Assembly: GCA_031372065.1 (NCBI GenBank)
Contig: JANMKN010000281.1
Span: 1-34,954 of the forward strand
Source: Abditibacteriaceae bacterium
GTDB taxonomy: Bacteria; Armatimonadota; Abditibacteriia; Abditibacteriales; Abditibacteriaceae
Length of the DNA stretch: 34,954 nucleotides
Direction: 5' to 3'
This document shows positions 18,788 to 27,615 of this stretch, in pieces (within the stretch, counting starts at the first letter, position 1; each line of letters starts with the position of its first letter). Both the position numbers and the translations under genes were made by a program. The notes under the pieces were generated by a model. That model made no database searches, had not been told where the DNA came from, and saw only the letters and a list, made by a program, of their open reading frames with translations.

Positions 18788-20733
18788 GGTTTACGTTCCA
18801 ATTCTTGCAGCAGATTGTGCAATTCGTGCAGCGATTCGGCGCGGCCAAAACGCGCGGCCTCGTAGCGCGCGGCGAAAGGTTGCGCTTGCTCTAAACCGGC
18901 GCGGCGCAAGTGTTCGGGCCAAGTCAGTCCGGGCGGGCAGGGCGCGTTTTGCCGTTGCAACCATTTTTCAAAGCGCGAAGCTAAAAGCGAAAGTTCGGCA
19001 TCGCGCGAAGCATAAGTGAAAACATCGCGTCGCTCTTTTTTGCGGCGCGGATTGCGCGCACTCCACAGCAAAATCAAGATTAAGCCCGCGAAAATCACCA
19101 GCCAATGGCGCAGCGGCATTTTGCGCAAGCGCTCAATTTGAACGCGCAAATAACTTCCGGCTTTTTGAAACCATTCGCTGATTTTTACTTTGAGAGGCAA
19201 CGGCTGCGCGCGGCCTTCGGGACGGCCATCGCCGGGCGTGAAATCGGCAGTGACCCAGTGATTATCAATCCAGCATTCAATCCACGCGTGCGCATCGCGG
19301 CCCCGCACCACAAGCGCGTTAGCACCATCGGATTCGTGTGCCACATAGCCAATAACATAGCGACACGGCACGCCCAAACAACGCAACAAAATCGCGCCGC
19401 CGGAAGCGAAATATTCACAATGCGCATCGCGCTTGTTCAACAAAAACTCGCTGGTGCGCTCAGGCATACGAAAACGCGATTTCAAGCTGTAATGGTGATT
19501 GGCTAAAAGATGCGCTCCGACAGCGCTGATGCGCTCGGCATCCGTTTTTGCACTGGCGCCGATAGTGCGCGCGAGTTCCCTGACACGCGGATCAATGTCT
19601 TTGGACACCTGCCGATAACGCGCCAGCAAATCGGCATCCGGCGGCTTGCAATAAAAACCTTGATAATCTTCCTGCTGGCTCAATTGAATTTCATAAGTCA
19701 CTTCCGTCGTGCCATCGGGCATCGTAGTTTGCAGCGGCCCCAGCGGTGCGCTCCATTGAATTTGGGTATCTGGCGAAAACAAAAAACCGGCGGCGTTAAG
19801 CGGCGCGAAAACGAGTTGCTGATCCCCTGTAAGGCGTGTGATACGCAACGTTGGCTGCTTAAGTGGACGGCTGGCCTCTGGCGCTTGCACTTGACCGGGC
19901 GTAATGATTTGTCCTGTCTCGTGGTTGATTTGCGGCAGCCAGCGATTGGCTTCGTAATCGCAAAACGCGGCGACACGCAAGTAAAATTCCTGGCCGTTGC
20001 TGTCTGCGTTTTCCAAGCGCAGCATCCGCGTTGTCGAGCCACGTATATTGAACGACGAACTCAAATAGGGATCAGTGGAAAGACCGGTGGATTCAATGGA
20101 GCGGCCTTCTATAAATTGCATTCCCCAATTGCTGATTTCGTTGCGATAATGCCACACGCCGCCATGAAGCATAGCCGAGAGGCCTAAAACTCCGGCCAAT
20201 ACAGCGCCGCGTTTCCAAAAGGTGCGCGATTGAAAAACTGCCGGTTGAAACGCGCGCCATGACAAGCTGAGAAACAAAAAATAAAGCGGCGTGAAAAAGC
20301 GAATGTAACTTTGATTTAAGGTGTTGGAGGCAGCTAAAAACACCATCGCCGAGAGCAGAATCGTCGCCGGAGAACGCGCGCCGCTGGCCGGACGGCGAAT
20401 CCATGTTTGAATCGCCATTTCAAGCGCGCATAAATAGCCGATGGTGTAAGCCAAAACCATTTCTGGCGATTCGGCAGTTGGCGAAGTGACGTAATCATAC
20501 GCTTGCCACAAGATGAAACCAAAAACTGCATAGCGTCCCAGCCGCACGAAATTGCCATCGCCATCAAGGCGCGCTTTGATGAACAAGGAGCCGAGCATCG
20601 CCACTGCAACGGGCACCATAATCCCGTTTTTCGTGGTGACAAATAAAGCTGCCAGAGCCACAAAAGCAGCAATGAAAACCGTCAACGGCGCGCGTTGGAT
20701 ACTGCTTTCGTGGACGGGTGGCTGTTCGTTCAC
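18784..20733 (-). CDS. Membrane-bound transglutaminase-like protein (TgpA-like architecture)
   Basis: Multi-TM N-terminus; triad motifs AHCEYFAS, DAHAWIE, ADFTP; C-terminal TM and YEAARFG; 4-bp overlaps with both neighbours. Confidence 0.88.
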   Translation of the reverse strand: MNEQPPVHESSIQRAPLTVFIAAFVALAALFVTTKNGIMVPVAVAMLGSLFIKARLDGDGNFVRLGRYAVFGFILWQAYDYVTSPTAESPEMVLAYTIGYLCALEMAIQTWIRRPASGARSPATILLSAMVFLAASNTLNQSYIRFFTPLYFLFLSLSWRAFQPAVFQSRTFWKRGAVLAGVLGLSAMLHGGVWHYRNEISNWGMQFIEGRSIESTGLSTDPYLSSSFNIRGSTTRMLRLENADSNGQEFYLRVAAFCDYEANRWLPQINHETGQIITPGQVQAPEASRPLKQPTLRITRLTGDQQLVFAPLNAAGFLFSPDTQIQWSAPLGPLQTTMPDGTTEVTYEIQLSQQEDYQGFYCKPPDADLLARYRQVSKDIDPRVRELARTIGASAKTDAERISAVGAHLLANHHYSLKSRFRMPERTSEFLLNKRDAHCEYFASGGAILLRCLGVPCRYVIGYVAHESDGANALVVRGRDAHAWIECWIDNHWVTADFTPGDGRPEGRAQPLPLKVKISEWFQKAGSYLRVQIERLRKMPLRHWLVIFAGLILILLWSARNPRRKKERRDVFTYASRDAELSLLASRFEKWLQRQNAPCPPGLTWPEHLRRAGLEQAQPFAARYEAARFGRAESLHELHNLLQELERKP

Positions 20734-22139
20734 AAGCGCGTCACCCCGCTTGCGAATTCAGCGCTGTTGATAACCGGAATCGCGCCCAGCCATTCCGTTT
20801 CGGTCAGTGGGTCTTGTGTGCAGGGGCCATCGCGCGAGACAATGACTTTGAGTCCCACACCGCTGCGCGCCAGATTTTCGCAAAAAGCGCGACGCGCGGC
20901 GTCCCAATCGAGAAACACACAAACAATAGCGTTGATTTGTTCGAGGTTATCGAGAATTTCCGGTTCTAACGTCGAAAACGGTTCAGCTTCGCTGCCATCC
21001 ACGGCGGCTAAAATATCGAGAATCTGATCAAGATAGGCTAAGGAGCGCCCGGCCATCAGGTGATACAAATTCGGCCCGGCGGCGAAAATATCCACCAGAT
21101 ATTCCTGCCGCGCCATGAAATCGCCAACAGCGGCGCACAGCGAAACGGCGCGCTCGAAATCGGCTTTGGCGTGAGTCGTGGCGCGCGGCAAATGCGTGTC
21201 TAAAACCACCGCCACGCGCAGAAAATATTCTTCGCGATATTCGCGCACAATCGGCGTTTGCAAGCGCGCGGTGGCCCGCCAATCTATGTCGCGCGGATTA
21301 TCGCCGTCGCGATATTCGCGGTTGCCGAGAAATTCAAATGAATCGCCCAAATGCGAAGCGAGCGCCACGCCGCCCGGATGATGGCGCCGCCCGGTGGGAA
21401 TGGCGAGCGCATCAAGCGGCGTAAACGCCGGAAACACAATCAGTCGTTGCGGCGCCGCAAAAACGCGCCCGCTGTTTAAGAGGCCAAAGGGAAACGAAGT
21501 TTCGACGCGCCAACCGGCAAATTGAAACACGCCGCGTTGCCCGCAAATCAGGCGCGCTTCGGTTTTGATTTTTTCGCTGGGCGCCAAAACCGGCAACGGC
21601 GTGCCTTCAGCGGGTTCAAAGGCCATATAAGGCGGCAAACGATGCGCCATCACGCGCCATTCATGCGCCGGACGTTGACCCCGATTGGTAATTTCGACTT
21701 CGACGGATAGCGTTTCGCCGACGCAAACACGCTCGGCATGGCGGGCGCTGAACAACAATTTGGGGCGCACCAAAAACCACGCCAGAAAAGCGCAAATCCA
21801 AAAGCACGCGACGTATAACAGCGGCACATAATTTTGCAGTTCCAGCGAGTTCACACCCGAAGCAAAAAAAGCGCCTGCGGCAACAAAAGTCCAGCGTCCG
21901 GCAACCGTAAAGCGTTCGTTCCACAAGCGCCACGGCCCGGCCAAACCGCCGCTATTGACTGGCAAAAAATAAGCGGGGTCGTGGGCGCCGGAAGAAGAGG
22001 GAAAGCCGGTTTTAAGTTGTGCTTTTTCGATGCCGTAAAACGCTGATTTTCCGTCTGGCTGCGCTTTGAATTGCAGGCGAAAACGGCGCTTGGGCGTCTT
22101 ATCGGCAGAAGTTTCTGAAAGCAGCGGCGGGCGGGACAT
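20730..22139 (-). CDS. DUF58 domain protein (MoxR partner)
   Basis: RGVF...SFPFGL, EFLGNREYRDGDNPRDIDWRATAR..PIVREY, VVLD, FERAVSLCA. Confidence 0.9.
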   Translation of the reverse strand: MSRPPLLSETSADKTPKRRFRLQFKAQPDGKSAFYGIEKAQLKTGFPSSSGAHDPAYFLPVNSGGLAGPWRLWNERFTVAGRWTFVAAGAFFASGVNSLELQNYVPLLYVACFWICAFLAWFLVRPKLLFSARHAERVCVGETLSVEVEITNRGQRPAHEWRVMAHRLPPYMAFEPAEGTPLPVLAPSEKIKTEARLICGQRGVFQFAGWRVETSFPFGLLNSGRVFAAPQRLIVFPAFTPLDALAIPTGRRHHPGGVALASHLGDSFEFLGNREYRDGDNPRDIDWRATARLQTPIVREYREEYFLRVAVVLDTHLPRATTHAKADFERAVSLCAAVGDFMARQEYLVDIFAAGPNLYHLMAGRSLAYLDQILDILAAVDGSEAEPFSTLEPEILDNLEQINAIVCVFLDWDAARRAFCENLARSGVGLKVIVSRDGPCTQDPLTETEWLGAIPVINSAEFASGVTRL

Positions 22140-22209
22140 GATTGTTAGTGTAGGGACTTGCCGCCGCCTTGCCCAAACCTTGAAGCGTTTGTTTCTCTCA
22201 CTTAAGCGC

Positions 22210-22243
22210 TTGACAAAAATCTGGCTAACGAACGCGTTATAAT
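22210..22243 (+). promoter_or_regulatory. Possible sigma70-like promoter for the GT2-DUF2298 operon
   Basis: Perfect TTGACA (22210-22215) and TATAAT (22238-22243), but the 22-bp spacer is atypical. Confidence 0.35.
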
Positions 22244-22291
22244 AGCGAATTTCGTAAATCAGCCGTGAGATTTGATAAAATCAAGGCGCTC

Positions 22292-23026
22292 ATGAAAATA
22301 ACTCTGGCGCTGCTCGCCTACAACGAAGCCGCGACAATTGAAGCCACCGTGCGCGAAGCCGCGTTGCAAATGGCGCGCGATTTCCCGGCAGGTGCTTGGG
22401 AATTGCTCGTCATCAACGATGGTTCGCGCGATGAAACCGGAACTCTCTGCGAAAAACTGGCGGCGGAATTTTCCGGCGTGCGCGTTTATCATCACGATCC
22501 CAATCGCGGCTACATCGAAGCGACGCTTTCGGCCTTGCGCGAAGCACGCGGCGATTATGTTTGCATTTTTGATGGCGACGGGCAGCACACCGCCGAGGAT
22601 GTGCCGCGTTTCGTGCAAAAATTAGACGAAGGCTATGATGTGGTTTTCGGCTGGAAAAAAGAGCGTCACGATGGCAAAGCGCGTCTTGTTCTCAGTCGTG
22701 GTTTGCGTTTGATGGCGCGCTTTTTTTTGCATTCGCGCTTGCACGACATCAACGGCGGCTGCCGAGGTTTTCGACGGCAGCACGCGGCCAAACTTTCGAT
22801 AATCAAGCACAAAATTAATTTCATCGGGCCGGAACTATTTGCGCGCGCCCGCTTGAACGATTTGAAAATCGGCGAAATTGTAGTGCGCCATTTCGCGCGA
22901 GAAGGCGGCGAAAGTTCGCACGCGTGGAAGAAAATTCCGCGCGAAATCGCCGAAGTTATCAATTATCTGCGCGCTTTAGGCGCTGAACTGCGCGCCGCTG
23001 GAAAATGGCGCCGCTTTTTGCCGTAG
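22292..23026 (+). CDS. Glycosyltransferase family 2 (polyprenol-phosphate glycosyltransferase-like)
   Basis: LAYNEA, VINDGSRDET, NRGY, FDGDGQH, DVVFGW, HDINGG; ATG at 22292 preferred. Confidence 0.9.
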   Translation: MKITLALLAYNEAATIEATVREAALQMARDFPAGAWELLVINDGSRDETGTLCEKLAAEFSGVRVYHHDPNRGYIEATLSALREARGDYVCIFDGDGQHTAEDVPRFVQKLDEGYDVVFGWKKERHDGKARLVLSRGLRLMARFFLHSRLHDINGGCRGFRRQHAAKLSIIKHKINFIGPELFARARLNDLKIGEIVVRHFAREGGESSHAWKKIPREIAEVINYLRALGAELRAAGKWRRFLP

Positions 23027-23028
23027 AA

Positions 23029-25401
23029 ATGCCCCTTTCTAATTTTTTCGGCTGGCTTTTTTTAGTTTGGTCACTCGGCTGGCTGGCGTTACCTGTCACG
23101 CGCCGTATTTGGTCCGTTCAACAGCAGTCAGCAGATAACATCCAGCCTCCCACCTCCTGCCTCCTGCTTTCCGATGCCGGATTAGCGGTTGGGCGCATTT
23201 TGTTTTTGTGCCTGTGGACTTTGTGTTCGCTTTGGTTGGGGTTTGCGGGCGTTCCGGTTCGCTTTTGCGCGCTATTGATTTATGGTTTCGCGGCGCTGCT
23301 ACTCTTTTTCGCTTGGCGTGAACGCGCCGATTTAAAAATTCTTTTGCAAAATCAACGGCGTGGAATCATTGCCAGCGAATTGATTTTCGTCGTCGTTTTC
23401 TTATTTTTCTTCGTAGTGCGCGGCTTTTGGTCGAGCATTGAAAACGGCGAAAAGCCGATGGATATGGCGCTGATTTCGGCCATCGCTCGCGCCGATTTTT
23501 TGCCGCCGCCCAATCCGTATGCCGCCGGAGAACGCCTCGCCAGTTACTATTATCTCGGCCATTTGCAAATGGCGCTTCTCACCGACGCCATCGGTGCAGA
23601 GCCGCGCTGGACTTACAACCTGATGGCGGCGACATTGCCCGCTTTATGTTTTTCCGTTTTGGCTTCGCTATGCGCCGCTTTCACCGGGCGCGTGCGCTAT
23701 GGCGCCATCGCCGCATTTTTAGTTTTAGCTGGTGGCACGCAAGAAGCATGGCGCCAATGGACGGTGCGATGGCTCGAAGCGCGACACGGTGGCGCTCCTT
23801 TTAGTTGGTGGCCTATTAACTATTGGGACACCTCGCGCGTGATTCCCTATATGGCACCAGACGGCCCACATTTTTCGATCAACGAATATCCGTGGTTCAC
23901 TTTCAACTACGCTGACTTGCACGCGCATTATTTCGATCAGCCTTTGGCGCTGCTCATCATCGCCTTGGCGTGGGCCTTATTTCATCAAGTGGGAGCCACT
24001 TTTACAGCGCGAAAATTAAATAGACTCGCGCTCCTTGGCGCTGTGGTCATCGGCGCGCAAATCATGACCAATACATGGGATGTGCCCGCATATTTTTTGC
24101 TGTTAATTTCAGCTTTTATCTGGGCAGAGCGTGGGCATCTCACCGACATAAAAAATGTTGCGGGCGGGACGCCCACGCTCCATAAATCGCTTTATATTTC
24201 CGGCATCGGCATCATCGCGCTCATCGTCGCCGCGCCGTTTTTATTGCATTTGCATTCCGAGGCCAATCCTCCAAAACCATTGGAACAACCGGCCTCGCCG
24301 CTCAATGAATGGCTGCTTGTGTGGGGTTCGTTTGTCTTAGCGTGGGGCGCGACTTTGACATTTAAGACAGGACGGCGCACGGCGAAAATTATTGATGTTA
24401 TCGGCTTGCTTTGCATGGCCTTGCCTTGGTTGAAAATGGGACAGCCGTGCGCAGTTTTGAGTTTGATTTTGCTGCTTTTGGTGTGGACGGCGTTTTCGGC
24501 TTGGAAAAGCGAGGACACCACGCACACTTTTTTATGCCGCATCGCGCTTTGCGGTTTAATCGCGCTATTATGGAGCGAAACGACGTGGGCGGGCTTTTTG
24601 GACAAGCCGAATCACCGGCAGGACACGCTTTTTAAGTTTGGTTTGCAAGTCTGGTATTTGCTGGGCACAGCGGCGGTTTGCGGCGCAATTCGCTTGCTGC
24701 ACGATTGGTCGGCGCGGCGACCTTTGGCGCTGCCCTTTTTGCGCGCGGCGCTTTGCATTTTCTTATACGCGCCGCTTGTGGCAACGCTTTCGACGGTGCT
24801 GGCCCGTTCGCGCTCGCATTTAATGTCGCGCGAGGAAACGCTGGTGCAGTTGGGTGTTCAGCACAACGACGAGACGACGCGCCCGGTGATTTTTAATGGG
24901 GGCGCCTTCGGTTTTTACTCGGAAAAATGGGACGCTTGGGATGCGTGGGCACACTTAACGCCGCCACAGAAAGACGCGGCGCAGTGGCTTTATAATGAAG
25001 CGCACGACGGCGATCATTTGCTGGAAGCCGAGCAAAAAGAAGGCGGCGATTACAGCGAATATACGCGTTTTGCTCATGCCTCCGGCGTGCCGACGGTCAT
25101 CGGGCCGCAGGCGCATACTTTTCAATGGGGCGTCTCGTGGGAAAAAGTTTTTGAACGCAAAAACGATGTGCGCCTTTTTTATCTTTCGGGCAATTTAAAC
25201 CGCAGGGCATTGCGGCGCGATTTAATCAAAAAATATCATTTGCGCTTTATCGTTTTAGGCGGCCTCGAACGCAAAGAATATGGCACGCGCGCTATTGCGT
25301 GGCTCGAACGCGATTTGTTGCACGATGGTTGGACGTTGCAAAACTTTGCCGCGCGCGATGGCGACGAAGAGCGCGTCACGATTTTCTATCAGCCGCGCTA
25401 A
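23029..25401 (+). CDS. DUF2298 (YYY) multi-pass membrane protein, putative GT-C-type glycosyltransferase
   Basis: GEKPMD, PP.PY.AG...YYYLGH, W..SRVIP, INEYPWFTF..ADLHAH, NTWD, DTLFKF; ATG 3 nt after the GT2 stop. Confidence 0.85.
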   Translation: MPLSNFFGWLFLVWSLGWLALPVTRRIWSVQQQSADNIQPPTSCLLLSDAGLAVGRILFLCLWTLCSLWLGFAGVPVRFCALLIYGFAALLLFFAWRERADLKILLQNQRRGIIASELIFVVVFLFFFVVRGFWSSIENGEKPMDMALISAIARADFLPPPNPYAAGERLASYYYLGHLQMALLTDAIGAEPRWTYNLMAATLPALCFSVLASLCAAFTGRVRYGAIAAFLVLAGGTQEAWRQWTVRWLEARHGGAPFSWWPINYWDTSRVIPYMAPDGPHFSINEYPWFTFNYADLHAHYFDQPLALLIIALAWALFHQVGATFTARKLNRLALLGAVVIGAQIMTNTWDVPAYFLLLISAFIWAERGHLTDIKNVAGGTPTLHKSLYISGIGIIALIVAAPFLLHLHSEANPPKPLEQPASPLNEWLLVWGSFVLAWGATLTFKTGRRTAKIIDVIGLLCMALPWLKMGQPCAVLSLILLLLVWTAFSAWKSEDTTHTFLCRIALCGLIALLWSETTWAGFLDKPNHRQDTLFKFGLQVWYLLGTAAVCGAIRLLHDWSARRPLALPFLRAALCIFLYAPLVATLSTVLARSRSHLMSREETLVQLGVQHNDETTRPVIFNGGAFGFYSEKWDAWDAWAHLTPPQKDAAQWLYNEAHDGDHLLEAEQKEGGDYSEYTRFAHASGVPTVIGPQAHTFQWGVSWEKVFERKNDVRLFYLSGNLNRRALRRDLIKKYHLRFIVLGGLERKEYGTRAIAWLERDLLHDGWTLQNFAARDGDEERVTIFYQPR
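24127..24180. repeat. REP-like palindromic doublet inside the DUF2298 CDS
   Basis: gagcgtgggcatctcaccgacat ... atgttgcgggcgggacgcccacgctc form an imperfect inverted pair. Confidence 0.7.
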
Positions 25402-25403
25402 AA

Positions 25404-26198
25404 CTATTGCGCGTGATAACTGCCGCGATGATGCAAGCAGAAAATGCAGCGTTTTTCGTTATGATGATGCAGCTTCGCGCAGCCTGCTTTCGCATCGCTT
25501 ATATGCAAAAACAGTTGTGCGGCGAACAGCATTCCCAGCGGCGGCGCGGTGAAATACAGCCACAGAAATTTCCAAAAATGCGTGGGCATCGCCGAGGCAA
25601 AACTGCGCGCTGGGTTGATGCTCATGCCCGAAAGCGGCGCTTCGACAAAAATCAACAAGGCCAAAAGCGCCCCGGCAAACCAGCCGGTAAAACGCGAAAC
25701 GCGCGACGAATTGGACGCCATCAAGAGCAAAAACATCATGCAGGCCGACATGAAAAATTCGGCCAGCCACGCCGAGACAATTTCGCCATCGCGCGGCGCC
25801 GTGTTCGCGTAATTAATCTCAGGATGCGCCATAAATCCGCGCAGAATCAAAACCAACAAACCAACGCCCGCCGCGCCGCCAAGAAACTGCGCCACGATAT
25901 AGAAAAACGCATCCCACGGCGCCACTTTGCCGGTGCGCCAAAAGCCCAGCGTCACCGCCGGATTGAGATGTGCGCCCGATTGTTGGCCCCACGGCGAATA
26001 AATCAAAGCGATCAGCGTTAGGCCAACAGCTAACGAAACGCAAAGCCGCCTTGCCAATGGATTAACGACAATATGAGCCACCGGTGAGGCCGGATGGCCC
26101 ATCAAAATGACAAACGAACACAGTGAAATCATCAGCAGGCCCAATTCGGCGGCTTCCATCAGATATTCCGGCCAGTGGCGTTGCAAAGCAGCGCGCAT
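25404..26198 (-). CDS. MIP/aquaporin family channel
   Basis: SGAHLNPAVT and SGMSINPARS (two NPA motifs), hydrophobic helices; C-terminal CAKLHH...CIFC. Confidence 0.92.
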   Translation of the reverse strand: MRAALQRHWPEYLMEAAELGLLMISLCSFVILMGHPASPVAHIVVNPLARRLCVSLAVGLTLIALIYSPWGQQSGAHLNPAVTLGFWRTGKVAPWDAFFYIVAQFLGGAAGVGLLVLILRGFMAHPEINYANTAPRDGEIVSAWLAEFFMSACMMFLLLMASNSSRVSRFTGWFAGALLALLIFVEAPLSGMSINPARSFASAMPTHFWKFLWLYFTAPPLGMLFAAQLFLHISDAKAGCAKLHHHNEKRCIFCLHHRGSYHAQ

Positions 26199-26321
26199 AA
26201 AACAACCTCTTTCAACCACAAACTTCCCCTACAATTTTATCTGTCCAACGACTTAGCGGGCACTGGGGGTAAAAACTTTGAGCGCGCCAGTGAGTCGTAA
26301 AATACGCTTTTGTAAAACACC

Positions 26322-27461
26322 ATGCGCCTAAAACATTCGCTCTTTATTTTCACTTTCGCGCCCGTGGCCGCGCTTGTGGCGGGTTGCAATTCGCCATCGG
26401 CTCTCGTTGACGCGAAAGGCGAACCGATTGCCACAGTATCCATACCAACAGCGGCATCCAAGCCAGCGGGCGCGGCTCCGGCGGGCATGGTTTGGGTGCA
26501 GGGCGGCCCCTTTTCAATGGGTGCGCCGCCGGACGACAACGAAACTTCCAAGCGCGCCAAAGGTGCCAAAGGCAAGCCAGTGTGCAACGGTTTGATGACG
26601 GGTTTTCAAGATGCCAAACCGGCGCACCAAGTGTATGTAGACAGCTTCTGGATGGACGCCGGCGAAGTCACCAACGTGCAGTTTACCGCCTTTGTCAAAG
26701 CCACCAATTACCAAACCGTCGCCGAGCGTCCGCTCAATCAGGCAGATTTTCCCGGCGCTGACCCGGCGCTCTTAAAGCCCGGCTCAATTGTCTTCAGCGC
26801 GCCCAAACAGCCGGTGCCCTTGCAGGATTTCACGCAGTGGTGGAAATATGTGCCCGGTGCCAATTGGCGGCATCCCGATGGGCCAAAAAGTTCCATTGCG
26901 GGCCGCGAAAATTATCCTGTGATTCACGTCGCTTACGACGATGCCGCCGCTTATGCGAAATGGGCCGGAAAGCGCCTGCCCACCGAAGCCGAATGGGAAA
27001 AAGCCGCGCGTGGCGGGCAGGAAAAACAGCCTTATATATGGGGTAATTCGCTCAAGCCCCAAGGTTTATGGGTGTGCAACGCCTTTCAAGGCGATTTTCC
27101 TTATAAAAACAGCCAAGAAGACGGCTTCGCGGGCATCGCGCCCGTCAAAAAATTCGCGGCCAATGCCTATGGCCTTTACGACATGGCGGGCAACGTGTGG
27201 GAATGGTGCAGCGATTGGTATCGCGATGATTATTATCAAACCTTGGCCGCGCAAGGCGCCATCGCCATCAATCCCCAAGGCCCCGACGATAGCTTCGACC
27301 CGGCAGAACCCGGCGTGCCCAAACGTGTGCATCGCGGCGGCTCATTTTTGTGCAGCGAACAATACTGCGCCCGCTATTTGCTCGGCACCCGCGACAAAGG
27401 CGCCATTGATACCGGCTCCAGTCACCTTGGTTTTCGCTGCGTCAAAGATGTTGGAAAGTAA
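26322..27461 (+). CDS. Formylglycine-generating enzyme (SUMF1/FGE-sulfatase) family lipoprotein
   Basis: Lipobox VAGC; EVTN.QF, GANWRHP.G, KRLPTEAEWE, NAYGLYDMAGNVWEW, RGGSFLCSEQYC, GFRC. Confidence 0.92.
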   Translation: MRLKHSLFIFTFAPVAALVAGCNSPSALVDAKGEPIATVSIPTAASKPAGAAPAGMVWVQGGPFSMGAPPDDNETSKRAKGAKGKPVCNGLMTGFQDAKPAHQVYVDSFWMDAGEVTNVQFTAFVKATNYQTVAERPLNQADFPGADPALLKPGSIVFSAPKQPVPLQDFTQWWKYVPGANWRHPDGPKSSIAGRENYPVIHVAYDDAAAYAKWAGKRLPTEAEWEKAARGGQEKQPYIWGNSLKPQGLWVCNAFQGDFPYKNSQEDGFAGIAPVKKFAANAYGLYDMAGNVWEWCSDWYRDDYYQTLAAQGAIAINPQGPDDSFDPAEPGVPKRVHRGGSFLCSEQYCARYLLGTRDKGAIDTGSSHLGFRCVKDVGK

Positions 27462-27493
27462 AATACTTTGTGATGAAAATAGGAGGCTCAGAA

Positions 27494-27597
27494 GAGTAGC
27501 TTCCCTCCCTCTGGGAGGGATCGAGGGAGGGCACAACGGCGGCATAGCCGCCGCCAACCCCCATCCAACTTCCCCCAAAGGGGGAAGAGTTACGCTC
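27494..27597. repeat. REP-like doublet upstream of the sulfatase
   Basis: ttccctccctctgggagggatcgagggaggg ... aacccccatccaacttcccccaaagggggaagagttacgctc. Confidence 0.75.
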
Positions 27598-27615
27598 CTT
27601 GAGGCTGAAACCACC

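Noticed and set aside
25299..26021. 240-aa plus-strand ORF
   Set aside because: Antisense to the aquaporin with no recognisable motifs.
26941..27615. N-terminal extension making the sulfatase 693 aa
   Set aside because: It overlaps the FGE gene in another frame and reads through a REP doublet; the signal peptide begins at ATG 27616.
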